Below are positions 22,111-31,652 of a stretch of DNA of 64,000 nt, in pieces. Position 1 is the first letter of the stretch, and each line of letters opens with the position of its first letter. The DNA comes from Planctomycetota bacterium (lineage in GTDB: Bacteria > Planctomycetota > UBA8108 > SXIK01): positions 2,400,001 to 2,464,000 of the forward strand of contig CBDCXR010000004.1 in assembly GCA_965223845.1 (NCBI GenBank). Reading direction: 5' to 3'. A model generated the notes under the pieces. It was not told where the DNA came from, ran no database searches, and saw only the letters and a program-made list of their open reading frames with translations. A program made the position numbers and the translations under genes.

Positions 22111-22961
22111 CAAATCGTATCGGCGAAGTGCCGCTCCATTCGGCGAAAGTAGACGAGGCCGCCGGCGAGAAGCACGAGAGTCGCGGCTAGCGACAAACCG
22201 AGCATGCCCCCGTCCGGAAACGGGGCGCCGAGAAGCGCCCAGCGAAAACCTTCGATCACCCCCACCATCGGATTGAGTCCGTAAAGGAAGCGCCACTCGG
22301 CGGGGATGAGGGCCGCCGTCTCGAAGAGCACGGGACTCACGAAGAATCCGATTTGAATGCAGAACGGAACGACGTAGCGAAAGTCGCGGTAGAGGGCGCT
22401 AAAGGCGCTGAGCCAGACTCCGATGGCGAGCGCAGCGAGACAAGCGAGTCCGACGAACGCGGGAACGCAGAGCGCGGCCCATCCGGGAACGATTCCGTAC
22501 CAGAGGAAGAGTCCCCCGAGGACGAGAAGCGAGCAGCCGAAGTCCGCGAGGCAAACGACGATGCACGAGGCGGGCGCGAGGAGGCGCGGGAAGTACACCT
22601 TCGTGATCAGATTTTGGTTTGCGATGAGACTCTCGCTCGATTGCGTGAGCGCCCCGGCGAAGAGCTGCCACGGAAGCAAGGCGCAAAAGAGACTGACCGC
22701 GTAGGGCGCTCCCGATGCGACCGGCTGTCGTCCGAGGAGGTGAAAGAACACCGAGAAGACGAGGACCGTCGAGAGCGGCTGGAGAATCGCCCACGCAACG
22801 CCGACGACCGTCTGCTTGTAGCGGACACGGAGATCACGCTCAGCGAGGACCCAGAGGAGGTCGCGGTAGCGCCAGAGCTCGGCGAGATCGACGATGCGCC
22901 AGCTCGCCCGGGGCTCGATGACGACCGGGTTCCGTTGGGCGACCGCGCTCGAACGCTCCAT
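22110..22961 (-). CDS. wzm: Polysaccharide ABC exporter permease
   Basis: ELWRYRDLL, RYKQT..G.AWA, KVYFPR and LNPM.GVIEGFR. Confidence 0.92.
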   Translation of the reverse strand: MERSSAVAQRNPVVIEPRASWRIVDLAELWRYRDLLWVLAERDLRVRYKQTVVGVAWAILQPLSTVLVFSVFFHLLGRQPVASGAPYAVSLFCALLPWQLFAGALTQSSESLIANQNLITKVYFPRLLAPASCIVVCLADFGCSLLVLGGLFLWYGIVPGWAALCVPAFVGLACLAALAIGVWLSAFSALYRDFRYVVPFCIQIGFFVSPVLFETAALIPAEWRFLYGLNPMVGVIEGFRWALLGAPFPDGGMLGLSLAATLVLLAGGLVYFRRMERHFADTI

Positions 22962-23102
22962 GTCACCGTACTCCTCGTACACTCTCGACGAAGCGACGTT
23001 CCGATATCTCTTGCACCCGGACGCGTCGCGCGACTTCTACGGTGATCGGCTGATCGAGCCGCGTTCCTATCTTCGGAATCGCAACGAGCACCGCATCCGG
23101 AC

Positions 23103-23945
23103 TCAAGGAGTCGGTGCTGGGGCGCGTTCGGCCTCGCGTCGTCCGGTCCGCGCGGGCTCGACGATCGAGGCGGCGGCGCGGATCGTTTCCGGGCTCGGAC
23201 GCGCCGGCAGGACGAACGACGCGAGTCGCTCGACCGCCGCGGCGGCATCGGTTTGACATTCCTCGTACGAGATCTCGATCGCCGCGCTACCCAATTGCTC
23301 GACCTGCTCGCGGCCTCGTCGCACGTACCACGCGGCGATCGCCTCCGCGCCCTCGCGGGTGGCGGCGCGGACGGTGTCGGTGAGCGTCACCGGCCGTCCG
23401 ACGATGCCGGATTTCCACCGCGCACGGGCGTAGAGCGCGCGGGCCTCCCTGCGCGCCGTCTCGTGCCGGGCGAGGAGACTCGCTACGACGTCGTCCTGCG
23501 GGCGCGTGACGAGCACGACGAGGGCGTCGGGGAAGACTTCGAGCCAGAGCGGAAGCGTGAGCGTAGTCCGCGGATCCTTCCAGCCCCAAGCCTCCGTCCC
23601 GCCGGCAAGGAGACGCCGCCCGAAAGCGAATCGACGCCAGCCGAGGAACATCGCCGAGCGCCACGACCCCATGGCGTAACGCAGATGCGCGACAGCGTCC
23701 GCGCGAACATCGTCGGCGGCGAGAAGCGCGTCGAAGGCCTCCGGCGAGTCCCACCGCGCGCCGGCGAGAGCGAGCAGCCACTCGTTGAGCTCGAGGAAGA
23801 AGCGCGCCTCGCGGTTGCGCTCTTGATGGAGCCCCATGAAGACACCGAGCCGCTCGAGAACACGGGTGATCATCGACGTTCCCGAGCGGTGCATGCCGAT
23901 GACGATCACCGGTCGACTGAGAGACTCGATCGCCGAGCTCGTCAC
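23103..23945 (-). CDS. Sulfotransferase family protein
   Basis: PAPS-binding loop VIGMHRSGTS and WGWKDPR. GTG start overlaps the upstream stop (GTGA). Confidence 0.85.
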   Translation of the reverse strand: MTSSAIESLSRPVIVIGMHRSGTSMITRVLERLGVFMGLHQERNREARFFLELNEWLLALAGARWDSPEAFDALLAADDVRADAVAHLRYAMGSWRSAMFLGWRRFAFGRRLLAGGTEAWGWKDPRTTLTLPLWLEVFPDALVVLVTRPQDDVVASLLARHETARREARALYARARWKSGIVGRPVTLTDTVRAATREGAEAIAAWYVRRGREQVEQLGSAAIEISYEECQTDAAAAVERLASFVLPARPSPETIRAAASIVEPARTGRREAERAPAPTP

Positions 23946-24784
23946 GTTGCCCCCAGTTCTCGCTCGACGGAAAGTGCGAGGGCATGTCGCGTACGCGCGT
24001 TCGCTCGCGAGATCGCCGTCGGAGTCGCCGGGTCCCAGCGGCTGAGCTCGTCTGAAGAAGCGAGCTCGACGGCATCCTCGCACAGAGACGCGCGCCAACC
24101 GTGCCAGCCATCGCGCACCTCGTCCTCCGCGAAGCGACGGCGCGCGTACTTCTCGATCGCGTGGTCTCGGCTGAGATAGGGATAGTGGCGCATGAGGAAA
24201 GCCTCGGGAGCGATCCGCCGACCGAGGAACCGGGCCTGATGCCCACCGGTCTTCACGAGGTCGACGCGCCGCCACCACGAAGGCTTCCACGCGCGGACGG
24301 CGTAGTGTTCGAGAGGGGGTCGAAACCAGTAGTACGACCGCATCGTCTCGAGGTAGCGTTCGTGATCGTGATCGGGGTCCTCGCGCGTCGGGACGAAAGT
24401 GAACTCGGCAAAATTCACTGCGTTGTAGCCGTCGCGACTCACTCGCGAGAGCGCATCGACCAGCCGCTCGCCGTCCCGGGGTGACACGTGGATCTCGTCG
24501 GCGTCGGCGTGAAGAATCCATTCGGCTCGCGAGCGCCGCGCGATCTTCTCCTTGAGACGCATCTGCTCGCGGAGTGCAAATTCCCCGCACCGCGGGAGAG
24601 TTTCGATGCCGAGCACCCCACGTCCCACAAACGACCGTGCGATCTCGAGTGTCCGGTCGGTCGACTCGTTGTCGACGAGGACGACCGACGCTCCTTCTGC
24701 GATCAGATGCTCGAGACAACACCGGATCGTCCGCTCCTCGTTGTACGCAGCGACGATCGCAACGAGCGGGACGCGCGTGCTCAC
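23942..24784 (-). CDS. Glycosyltransferase family 2 protein
   Basis: AAYNEE, VDNESTDRT and HADADE (DxD); GTGA translational coupling. Confidence 0.85.
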   Translation of the reverse strand: MSTRVPLVAIVAAYNEERTIRCCLEHLIAEGASVVLVDNESTDRTLEIARSFVGRGVLGIETLPRCGEFALREQMRLKEKIARRSRAEWILHADADEIHVSPRDGERLVDALSRVSRDGYNAVNFAEFTFVPTREDPDHDHERYLETMRSYYWFRPPLEHYAVRAWKPSWWRRVDLVKTGGHQARFLGRRIAPEAFLMRHYPYLSRDHAIEKYARRRFAEDEVRDGWHGWRASLCEDAVELASSDELSRWDPATPTAISRANARTRHALALSVERELGAT

Positions 24785-26202
24785 GACGGTCCGCCCGTCT
24801 TGGAGTTTCCCGTCCGAGCGCCTCGCGCCGGACGGAAACACGAAGCGATGCTCGCGAGTGATCGTGCCCAGCGTCGCTTCCAGCCGAGCAGGCGCACGGG
24901 GAACGGAGTCAGCGAGCGTCGATTGCGGTACTGGCAAACCGCTAGGCCGCGCGGGCTCGGGAGAAACACCCCGTCGACGAGGCCGCTCCGGCGCAGCACC
25001 TCGACATCGGCGCGCACGACGACGTGCTCGATGCCGGCGTCATGAAAGAGCACCGTCGCGCCCGGGGCGAGCCGCGGCCGGTAGTGCTCGAATTCGTCGA
25101 TGCGAAGAGCGATCTCCGAATCGAAGATCGCGAGGTCGATCGGCGCGTCGACGACGACGTCGAGACTGCTCTGGGTGCGAAGATCGACGACGCGGCCGAG
25201 GCCGGCGGCTTCGATGCGTTCGCGGGCGACGCGCGCGCACTCGGGATCGAGCTCGGCCGTGACGAGACGGCCGCGTCCGTTCGCGACGAGCGCTCGACCG
25301 ATGACTTCGGCCATCCGCCCGTGCCAGGTCCCCGTTTCGACCACGAGCCGCGGCTTGAGGAGTCGCGTGAGGGAGTAGACGAACTCGAGCGTCTCGACCT
25401 CGGCGGTATTGCCGTCGAGCATGGACCAGAGGTGAGGCTCGGAACACTCGGGGCTCGGACGAGATTTTTCGGCCGAGAGGGTGAGGTCGCCGTAGAGAAA
25501 CGATCGGCGAACCGGAGTGCTCCGATCCGTCGTCTCGGGTGAACTCGAGCGGTCGGTTCTCGGATCGACGAGATCCGCCTCCGCCCACGCGACGAGGTGG
25601 CCGCTCTCGCGGATGGTGGCGGACAGTTCTCCCGCGAGTCGCTCGAGCGCCGAGAACTCCCCGGGCGCCGTCGAGTCGGAGTGGTCGGAGACCGCAGATT
25701 CGGACGCTCGCGTGCGCGCCCAGACATCGCGGCGAACCACGCTCGTTTTCCGAATCGGTCCGTCTGCCTCGTAGAGGATGGCGTCGCCCTCGTAGCGGAG
25801 GCGCGATGGCCGGAGCTCGACCGATTCTCCATCGGCGGGGACCGGCCCGTGGAGCGACAGCTGTCCGAGATTCGAGAACGCGTCGAAGAGTCCCATTGCG
25901 CGCTCGATCCATCCTTCGCGAAACGTGACTCCCGTGTCGCTGAGAAGAAGATAGTCTGCGCGACTCGCATCGAAGCTGACATCGAAACGATCGGGTCGCA
26001 CCGCGAGCTCGATCTCGCCGAGCTCGGGAAACCGCGCTGCGAGACCGTCGAGTTCGTCTCGCGTCGAGTCGTCCCCGCTCAAGTCGACGACGGTCAGCTC
26101 GTGCGGCACCGAAACCGTATTCTGATAACTCTCGATCGTCCGTCTCAGCTCCTCGCGTGAGCCGTGATGGAAGAGGGTCGTCGTCAGAACGGGATCCGAC
26201 AT
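24781..26202 (-). CDS. GT2-like N-terminal domain fused to a class I SAM methyltransferase
   Basis: N-terminal degenerate GT-A (TVVDLSGDDST, DYLLLSD); C-terminal KPRLVVETGTWHG, DLAIFDS and LAPGATVLFHD. Confidence 0.75.
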   Translation of the reverse strand: MSDPVLTTTLFHHGSREELRRTIESYQNTVSVPHELTVVDLSGDDSTRDELDGLAARFPELGEIELAVRPDRFDVSFDASRADYLLLSDTGVTFREGWIERAMGLFDAFSNLGQLSLHGPVPADGESVELRPSRLRYEGDAILYEADGPIRKTSVVRRDVWARTRASESAVSDHSDSTAPGEFSALERLAGELSATIRESGHLVAWAEADLVDPRTDRSSSPETTDRSTPVRRSFLYGDLTLSAEKSRPSPECSEPHLWSMLDGNTAEVETLEFVYSLTRLLKPRLVVETGTWHGRMAEVIGRALVANGRGRLVTAELDPECARVARERIEAAGLGRVVDLRTQSSLDVVVDAPIDLAIFDSEIALRIDEFEHYRPRLAPGATVLFHDAGIEHVVVRADVEVLRRSGLVDGVFLPSPRGLAVCQYRNRRSLTPFPVRLLGWKRRWARSLASIASCFRPARGARTGNSKTGGPS

Positions 26203-26338
26203 TTCGGGCGATACCTCGGCGGAGCGATCGCTAGCGGCCGTCGAGACGGATCGCGGCCGAACGGAGTCTCTCCATCATCGGCACGACGAGACGCGGGATT
26301 GACCGTTCGCCCGAGCGGGCGGCCGAAAGTCGCTCGTC

Positions 26339-27034
26339 TCAGGCGGCGCGGGCCCGGCGCCGGAAGCGAACATCGAGCACGCCGCGCGCGGTCGGCTCGC
26401 CGCCGGTCGTCGGTGGAAGCACCTCGACCTCGAGTCCGCGCTTTTCGGCGCTCTCTCGGATCTCGTCGAGAGTCCACTGTCCCTCGCGCGGAAGCGCCAC
26501 CTTGAGGACGACCGAGCCGATGAGCCGCAGCGAGCGCCGGCAAAGCTCCCGGATCGCACCGCGAGCGTAGGCTCGACTGGGGACGTTCTTGAAGAGGACG
26601 ACGCTCTCGTCGGAGCAGAGGGGAAGGATGCGATCGAGAAGGGCACCGCACGAGGCCGACTCGAAATACGTGAGCGGTTGATAGCAGACGACCTTGGTGA
26701 AAGGATCGTCGTCGCCCGGTCGAGTCGGCGACGAGCCGAAGCGAGACTGCTGCAGTTCGACGTTCACTGCCGAACAGTTCTTCTGCGCGGCGCGAAGCTG
26801 CGTCGGAGAGACGTCCATACCGACGATCCCTTGGCAGCGCCGCGCGAGCTCTCGCGTCACCATGGCGTTGCCGCAGCTGAAGTCGAGAACACGATCGCTC
26901 GACCGCAGGTCCAGTCGCGCGGTGATGTCGCCAACGAGGGTCGCGAGCCCGACTCCGACGTCGACGCCCTCGAGAGTCGATGTCGATGGAGCGGTGTTCG
27001 GCGACAGCGATCGATTCGCGACAGTCATTCTCAT
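26339..27034 (-). CDS. Class I SAM-dependent methyltransferase
   Basis: RVLDFSCGNA motif I and GMDVSP. Confidence 0.7.
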   Translation of the reverse strand: MRMTVANRSLSPNTAPSTSTLEGVDVGVGLATLVGDITARLDLRSSDRVLDFSCGNAMVTRELARRCQGIVGMDVSPTQLRAAQKNCSAVNVELQQSRFGSSPTRPGDDDPFTKVVCYQPLTYFESASCGALLDRILPLCSDESVVLFKNVPSRAYARGAIRELCRRSLRLIGSVVLKVALPREGQWTLDEIRESAEKRGLEVEVLPPTTGGEPTARGVLDVRFRRRARAA

Positions 27035-27375
27035 TCATACTCTCCGGGTTGCGATTCGCTGAGATCCTCTCGGAGCAACGAAGAGCAACCCGCGTGCCGG
27101 TCGCGCGTGGGTGAGAGTCCCGGCGGAACACGCGTCCACACCGCAAAATCACTGAAGAACGCGGGAGGCAGCGCGGTCGGCGGGATTCGTTCTCACCGTC
27201 CTCCTGCGTCGCCCCGACGGACAGTACGGCCGATGTGTCCACGCTCTGGACTCGTTTCGCCTGGGTCGCGTGACTGTCGCCGAATCGGTAGTATGTGCGG
27301 AGAGGCTCGCGGGGGGTGCCCGCAGCGCGCCTCCGCGCGAACGAAGAGCCCGCCACAGCCAAGAAAGCAGTACCC

Positions 27376-27717
27376 ATGCCGGTCATCCCCATCGAAGACG
27401 TCGGAACGTTCGAGTCCGCCCGGACCGAGACGGGCGACGGATTCGTCTTCAAGCACAGCACGCGCTGCCCGATCTCATCTGAGGCGGAATCGCAGGTCGA
27501 CGCGTTTCTCCGCGAGCACCCCGACGTCCCGGTCTGGCGAGTGCTCGTGGTCGAGCATCGCCCGGCGTCGCTCGCGATCGCGGATCTTCTCGAAGTTCCG
27601 CACGCCTCGCCGCAGGTCATCCTCCTCGCCGGAGGCGAGGTGCGCTGGCACACGAGCCACTGGGACGTCACCGAGGCGGCGCTTCGAGCGGAGTGGGAGG
27701 CAGCGGCGTCGCGCTGA
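27376..27717 (+). CDS. YtxJ/DUF2847 monothiol thioredoxin-like protein
   Basis: FKHSTRCPIS, VPHASPQVI and SHWDV motifs. Confidence 0.88.
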   Translation: MPVIPIEDVGTFESARTETGDGFVFKHSTRCPISSEAESQVDAFLREHPDVPVWRVLVVEHRPASLAIADLLEVPHASPQVILLAGGEVRWHTSHWDVTEAALRAEWEAAASR

Positions 27718-28160
27718 TGCGCTCGATGAGTGGAGCGGTTTCGGTCGAGTCTCACCGAGTGACGATCCCGACGCGCGGGAACGCGCAGGTAGTCGACGTC
27801 ACGCCCTCCGTGGAAGCGGCGCTTCGGGACGGACGTATCTCCGACGGCACGGTCACCCTGTTCGTCGTCGGCTCCACCGCCGCGCTCTCGACGACGGAGT
27901 ACGAGCCGGGCCTTGCTGAAACGGATCTCGCGGCGTTCTACGAGCGCGTCGCTCCCGAGGACGGCCACTACGAGCACGAAGTCACGTGGAACGACGACAA
28001 CGGGCACAGCCACGTGCGGGCCACCTTCACCGGCCCATCGATCACGGTGCCACTCGTCGACGGAGCCCTCACCCTCGGCACGTGGCAGCAGATCGTGCTC
28101 CTCGACTTCGACACCCGGCCGCGCGAGCGGAAGATCGTGGTTCAAGTGATCGGCGTGTGA
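27717..28160 (+). CDS. YjbQ/UPF0047 family protein
   Basis: GSTAALSTTEYEPG, NGHSHVRA and LGTWQQI. Confidence 0.9.
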   Translation: MRSMSGAVSVESHRVTIPTRGNAQVVDVTPSVEAALRDGRISDGTVTLFVVGSTAALSTTEYEPGLAETDLAAFYERVAPEDGHYEHEVTWNDDNGHSHVRATFTGPSITVPLVDGALTLGTWQQIVLLDFDTRPRERKIVVQVIGV

Positions 28161-28331
28161 GCGGCGAGCTCGGGCCCGGGATCTACCGCTTCGCCAGAGC
28201 TACGCGACTTCGTCCCGTTTCGGCTCTCGTTCCCGTTCTCGAGTGGACCGGTCCCGAGTCGACGGGGACCGTCGACCTCGGTTCGCAGCCGGGACGGAGG
28301 TCTCTTGCGCCGGCCGAATCGGTCCGAGTCT

Positions 28332-31300
28332 CTACCGCCCGCCGATGACGATATCGAGCTCGAGGTCCGTCTTTCCGACCTTCACCGTCTTTCGGAAATA
28401 GGGCGTCCGATCCATCTTCGCCATCGCCTTCATGTCGAGCGGATTTTCCGGCATGCGCGGGACTTCGAGGATGTACTCGCCCGGATCGACGTCCGGTATC
28501 ACGTAGGTGTCGTCCGGCGCGACGAACCCCGTCCCCGCCTGGAACCGCGCCGCGGCCATCGTCGCCTTCATGTCGGTCGGATCGACATCCTCGGGGCCGG
28601 GGCCGCCGGGACGGCGAAGGGTGACGAGTCGCATCGGAATCGTCTTCGGGAGTCCCCTCACAGATCCGCGAACCGAGCTTCCGACGCCAAAAACGATCTC
28701 GATCTCGCTCTCTCCCTCACCGGTGAGTTCGATCGGTCGGGTCTTGACCGACATCTTTCCTCTCAACGGAGAGCCACCGACCGCGTTCACGAGATATTCA
28801 CCGGCGGCGAGACCAACGAACTTCGCCTTGCCGTCGGCGTCGCTGATCCCCTGCTTGAAACCGTGTCCGAGGAGCTGAACCATGAGCCCGACCTTCGGCT
28901 GCTCTCCTTCGGTCAGCCTCACCGTGAGCTTCCCTCCCTCGGAGAGGACGATGTCGTCGGCGGTGCGTTCGTCCTCGTCGGCGAGTCGGATCGGACGAGG
29001 CTCCGATGCGGCGTAGAGCGGGTGCGAAGCGGCGATGCGGTACGCTCCACTCGCGATGTGCTCGATGCGAAACTCGCCGTCGGCGCCCGAAATCGCGCGG
29101 TTTCTCGGGCTGAGGAACATCTCGGGAAGCATGTTCCCGACGAAGTCGTTCGCATCGTCCGCGTCGACGAGGCGAACCGTCGCGCCCGCGATCGGTGCTC
29201 CGCCGACATCGACGACCTTTCCGCTCACACTCGCGCCGCGCTCGACGACGATCTCGATATCCTCGATGACGTCTCCCGGTGCGAGGTCGAGGACCTTCGA
29301 CAGCCCTCGTGCGTACCCGGGGACGTCAGCTCCGACGCGGAGACGTCCCGGGAAGACCTCTAGGTCGAAGGTACCGTCCGGACTGATCCGTTCGCCGTCT
29401 CGATCGCGTCCGCCGCGCATGAGTGCCGCCATGCTCTCGAGCGGAGCCGACGCCGAGTCGACGGGCGCAGTGCTTACGTTCCCGACCGTGACCGGCTGCT
29501 CGGCCGCATCCACGACGCGTCCGCGCACGCGCGCCGCCCGTTCGAGAACGAGCTCGACGTCGTCTCGACCGGAGGAAACTCCGCTCACCGAGCCGTCGGC
29601 GTACCCGTCGCACTCTGCCTCGAGGCGAAAGGTGGCGCCAGTGATTCCCCGCGCGCTGAATTGGCCTTCGGAATCCGTGATCGCCGTCACGGCGGATTGG
29701 CCGACGAAATCATGCGCGGGGACGATGCGGACGCGTGCGCCCTCGACGGGACCGCCGAGGTCGTCGACGACCGTACCGCCGAGCATGCCATCGGTCGACT
29801 CCGACGCGCCGAGAACGATTTCCACGCCCTCGACATCGCGATCGGAGATCTCGACGTCCTGCTTCACCAGCTCAGCCGACGGAGCGAGAAAGAGCGCCGT
29901 CATCCGGCGCGACGCCTTGAGAGTGTGCGCACCGGACGGGAGACCCTCGAGGTGAAACTCGCCGTTCTGGTCCGTTCGATCCGAACGGGACGTCGCCGCG
30001 AGATCCACGTTCAAGAAGTCTTCGCGAGTCGGGCCGGTCGAGACATGAACCCCCTCGGCGAGCGCGCCGTTCGCATCGATGACGCGCCCGGAGATCGCGA
30101 ATCCGGGCTCGACGACGATGCGAACATCCGCATCCGGCTCCTCCTCGGTGAGCGTCACGATCTCGCTCGCCGCGCGCGGATGGCCGCGCACATCAGCGGT
30201 CGCGCGGAACGCTTCTCCGAACGGAACTCCGCGGATCTCGAACTTCCCCGCGGCGTCACTCCGGACTTCTTTCTCCTCGGCCAGCATCGCGAGGTCGACA
30301 TTCCCGCTCACCGATTCCTCGACGATATCCTCGATGGCGACGCGGCACTCGGCCCGGCCGATCGGCGCGCCGTCGGAGTCGAGGACGACACCGCGGATCC
30401 GCCCTCCCGCTTCGAGTCTAAAGTCGACTCCCGTGGCGTCGACCCCCGCCTCGATCACCACCGTGCGCGCGCGGCTCACCGGCGTCGATACGAGTGTGGT
30501 GTCGCCCGTACGCGCGACCACCGAGTACTTGCCCGGCTTGAGGCCGGTCACCACGTACGTCCCGTCTTCGAACACCGGGACGGCGGGATCTCGCCGGCTC
30601 ACCGGGTTCGTAAAGACCGGCCCATCGTCCTGCGCGGCATCGAACTGGACGATCGCTCCGGCCGCTGGCCGGCCCTCAGCGTCGGTGACCGATCCGAAGA
30701 TGCGCCCCGCCGCGTCGAGGACGAAGTCGAGCTCGAGAACTTGCGGCTGCGCTTCCGCCTCGACGTCGGCGGAGATGAGCACGGTCTCGAGTTCGCGGAT
30801 CTCGGGCGCGTACCCGTCGGCGGCGACGATCACGACGCCCGCGAGCTGGACCGGCTCGGCCGCGTCTCCGCTTCCGTCCGAACCGGGTTCGACGGAGGCT
30901 CCAGCCGGGAGAGGGAGCGAATAACTCCCGTCGTCGCTCGATCGGACGACAACACTGGCCGCAAAAGCGTCGCGCAAGGGAGATGGAACGTCGACCGTCT
31001 CTTCGGCCGTAAACAGGCGATCACGGTGGGCGTGCGCGCGAGCGCGCCGCTCGGAGACGTCGAGCCAGCGCACGAGCGCTCCGCCGATCGGCGCACCGCC
31101 CCGGCCGGTGATCTTTCCCTGGGCGATCAACGTCGAACTCTGGGAGTCCGTCTCGAGCGGAGTCGGGCTCGGCGGCGGAGCGTCCGCGGCTTCCGGTGCG
31201 CCGGCGCCCGACGCGACCGCGGGGTCGCCGCCCTCCGTCCCGTCCGCCGCGGACTCGACCGCCGCGGTCTCGTCGGGCTCGGGGTCGACACCCGGAGGTG

Positions 31301-31421
31301 GATTTGGCGACAACACGAAGAAGAGCCCGAGCCCCACGCAGAGGAGAATCGCAATGGCAAGCGGGACGGCGACGCGCGCGTGTCCTTCGACTCGGATCCG
31401 GTCGGCAATTCGTTCTGACAT
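28332..31421 (-). CDS. Membrane-anchored protein with tandem carboxypeptidase-regulatory-like (beta-sandwich) domains
   Basis: N-terminal TM anchor and repeated I.G.V.D..G.PI.GA.V units. Confidence 0.82.
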   Translation of the reverse strand: MSERIADRIRVEGHARVAVPLAIAILLCVGLGLFFVLSPNPPPGVDPEPDETAAVESAADGTEGGDPAVASGAGAPEAADAPPPSPTPLETDSQSSTLIAQGKITGRGGAPIGGALVRWLDVSERRARAHAHRDRLFTAEETVDVPSPLRDAFAASVVVRSSDDGSYSLPLPAGASVEPGSDGSGDAAEPVQLAGVVIVAADGYAPEIRELETVLISADVEAEAQPQVLELDFVLDAAGRIFGSVTDAEGRPAAGAIVQFDAAQDDGPVFTNPVSRRDPAVPVFEDGTYVVTGLKPGKYSVVARTGDTTLVSTPVSRARTVVIEAGVDATGVDFRLEAGGRIRGVVLDSDGAPIGRAECRVAIEDIVEESVSGNVDLAMLAEEKEVRSDAAGKFEIRGVPFGEAFRATADVRGHPRAASEIVTLTEEEPDADVRIVVEPGFAISGRVIDANGALAEGVHVSTGPTREDFLNVDLAATSRSDRTDQNGEFHLEGLPSGAHTLKASRRMTALFLAPSAELVKQDVEISDRDVEGVEIVLGASESTDGMLGGTVVDDLGGPVEGARVRIVPAHDFVGQSAVTAITDSEGQFSARGITGATFRLEAECDGYADGSVSGVSSGRDDVELVLERAARVRGRVVDAAEQPVTVGNVSTAPVDSASAPLESMAALMRGGRDRDGERISPDGTFDLEVFPGRLRVGADVPGYARGLSKVLDLAPGDVIEDIEIVVERGASVSGKVVDVGGAPIAGATVRLVDADDANDFVGNMLPEMFLSPRNRAISGADGEFRIEHIASGAYRIAASHPLYAASEPRPIRLADEDERTADDIVLSEGGKLTVRLTEGEQPKVGLMVQLLGHGFKQGISDADGKAKFVGLAAGEYLVNAVGGSPLRGKMSVKTRPIELTGEGESEIEIVFGVGSSVRGSVRGLPKTIPMRLVTLRRPGGPGPEDVDPTDMKATMAAARFQAGTGFVAPDDTYVIPDVDPGEYILEVPRMPENPLDMKAMAKMDRTPYFRKTVKVGKTDLELDIVIGGR

Positions 31422-31652
31422 TCCTCGCTCCCTCGCGTCTCGCCGGACAGCCCGTCGCACGCAGAGTTTAGTGTTCTCGATCGAGCCCGCGGCGTCCCTC
31501 ACTCCGCTGGACGCCGCCGGACGGCTCGCCCTACGTTCATCAACGCCCCTCACTCGGAGATGTTGCAACGACTTCGCCCGCAGACGAGTTTTTTCGCCGC
31601 CGCCGAAGTCCCCCCGCTCGCGAGCCTCCCCCCGGAGCCCTCGCGGAGTTCC

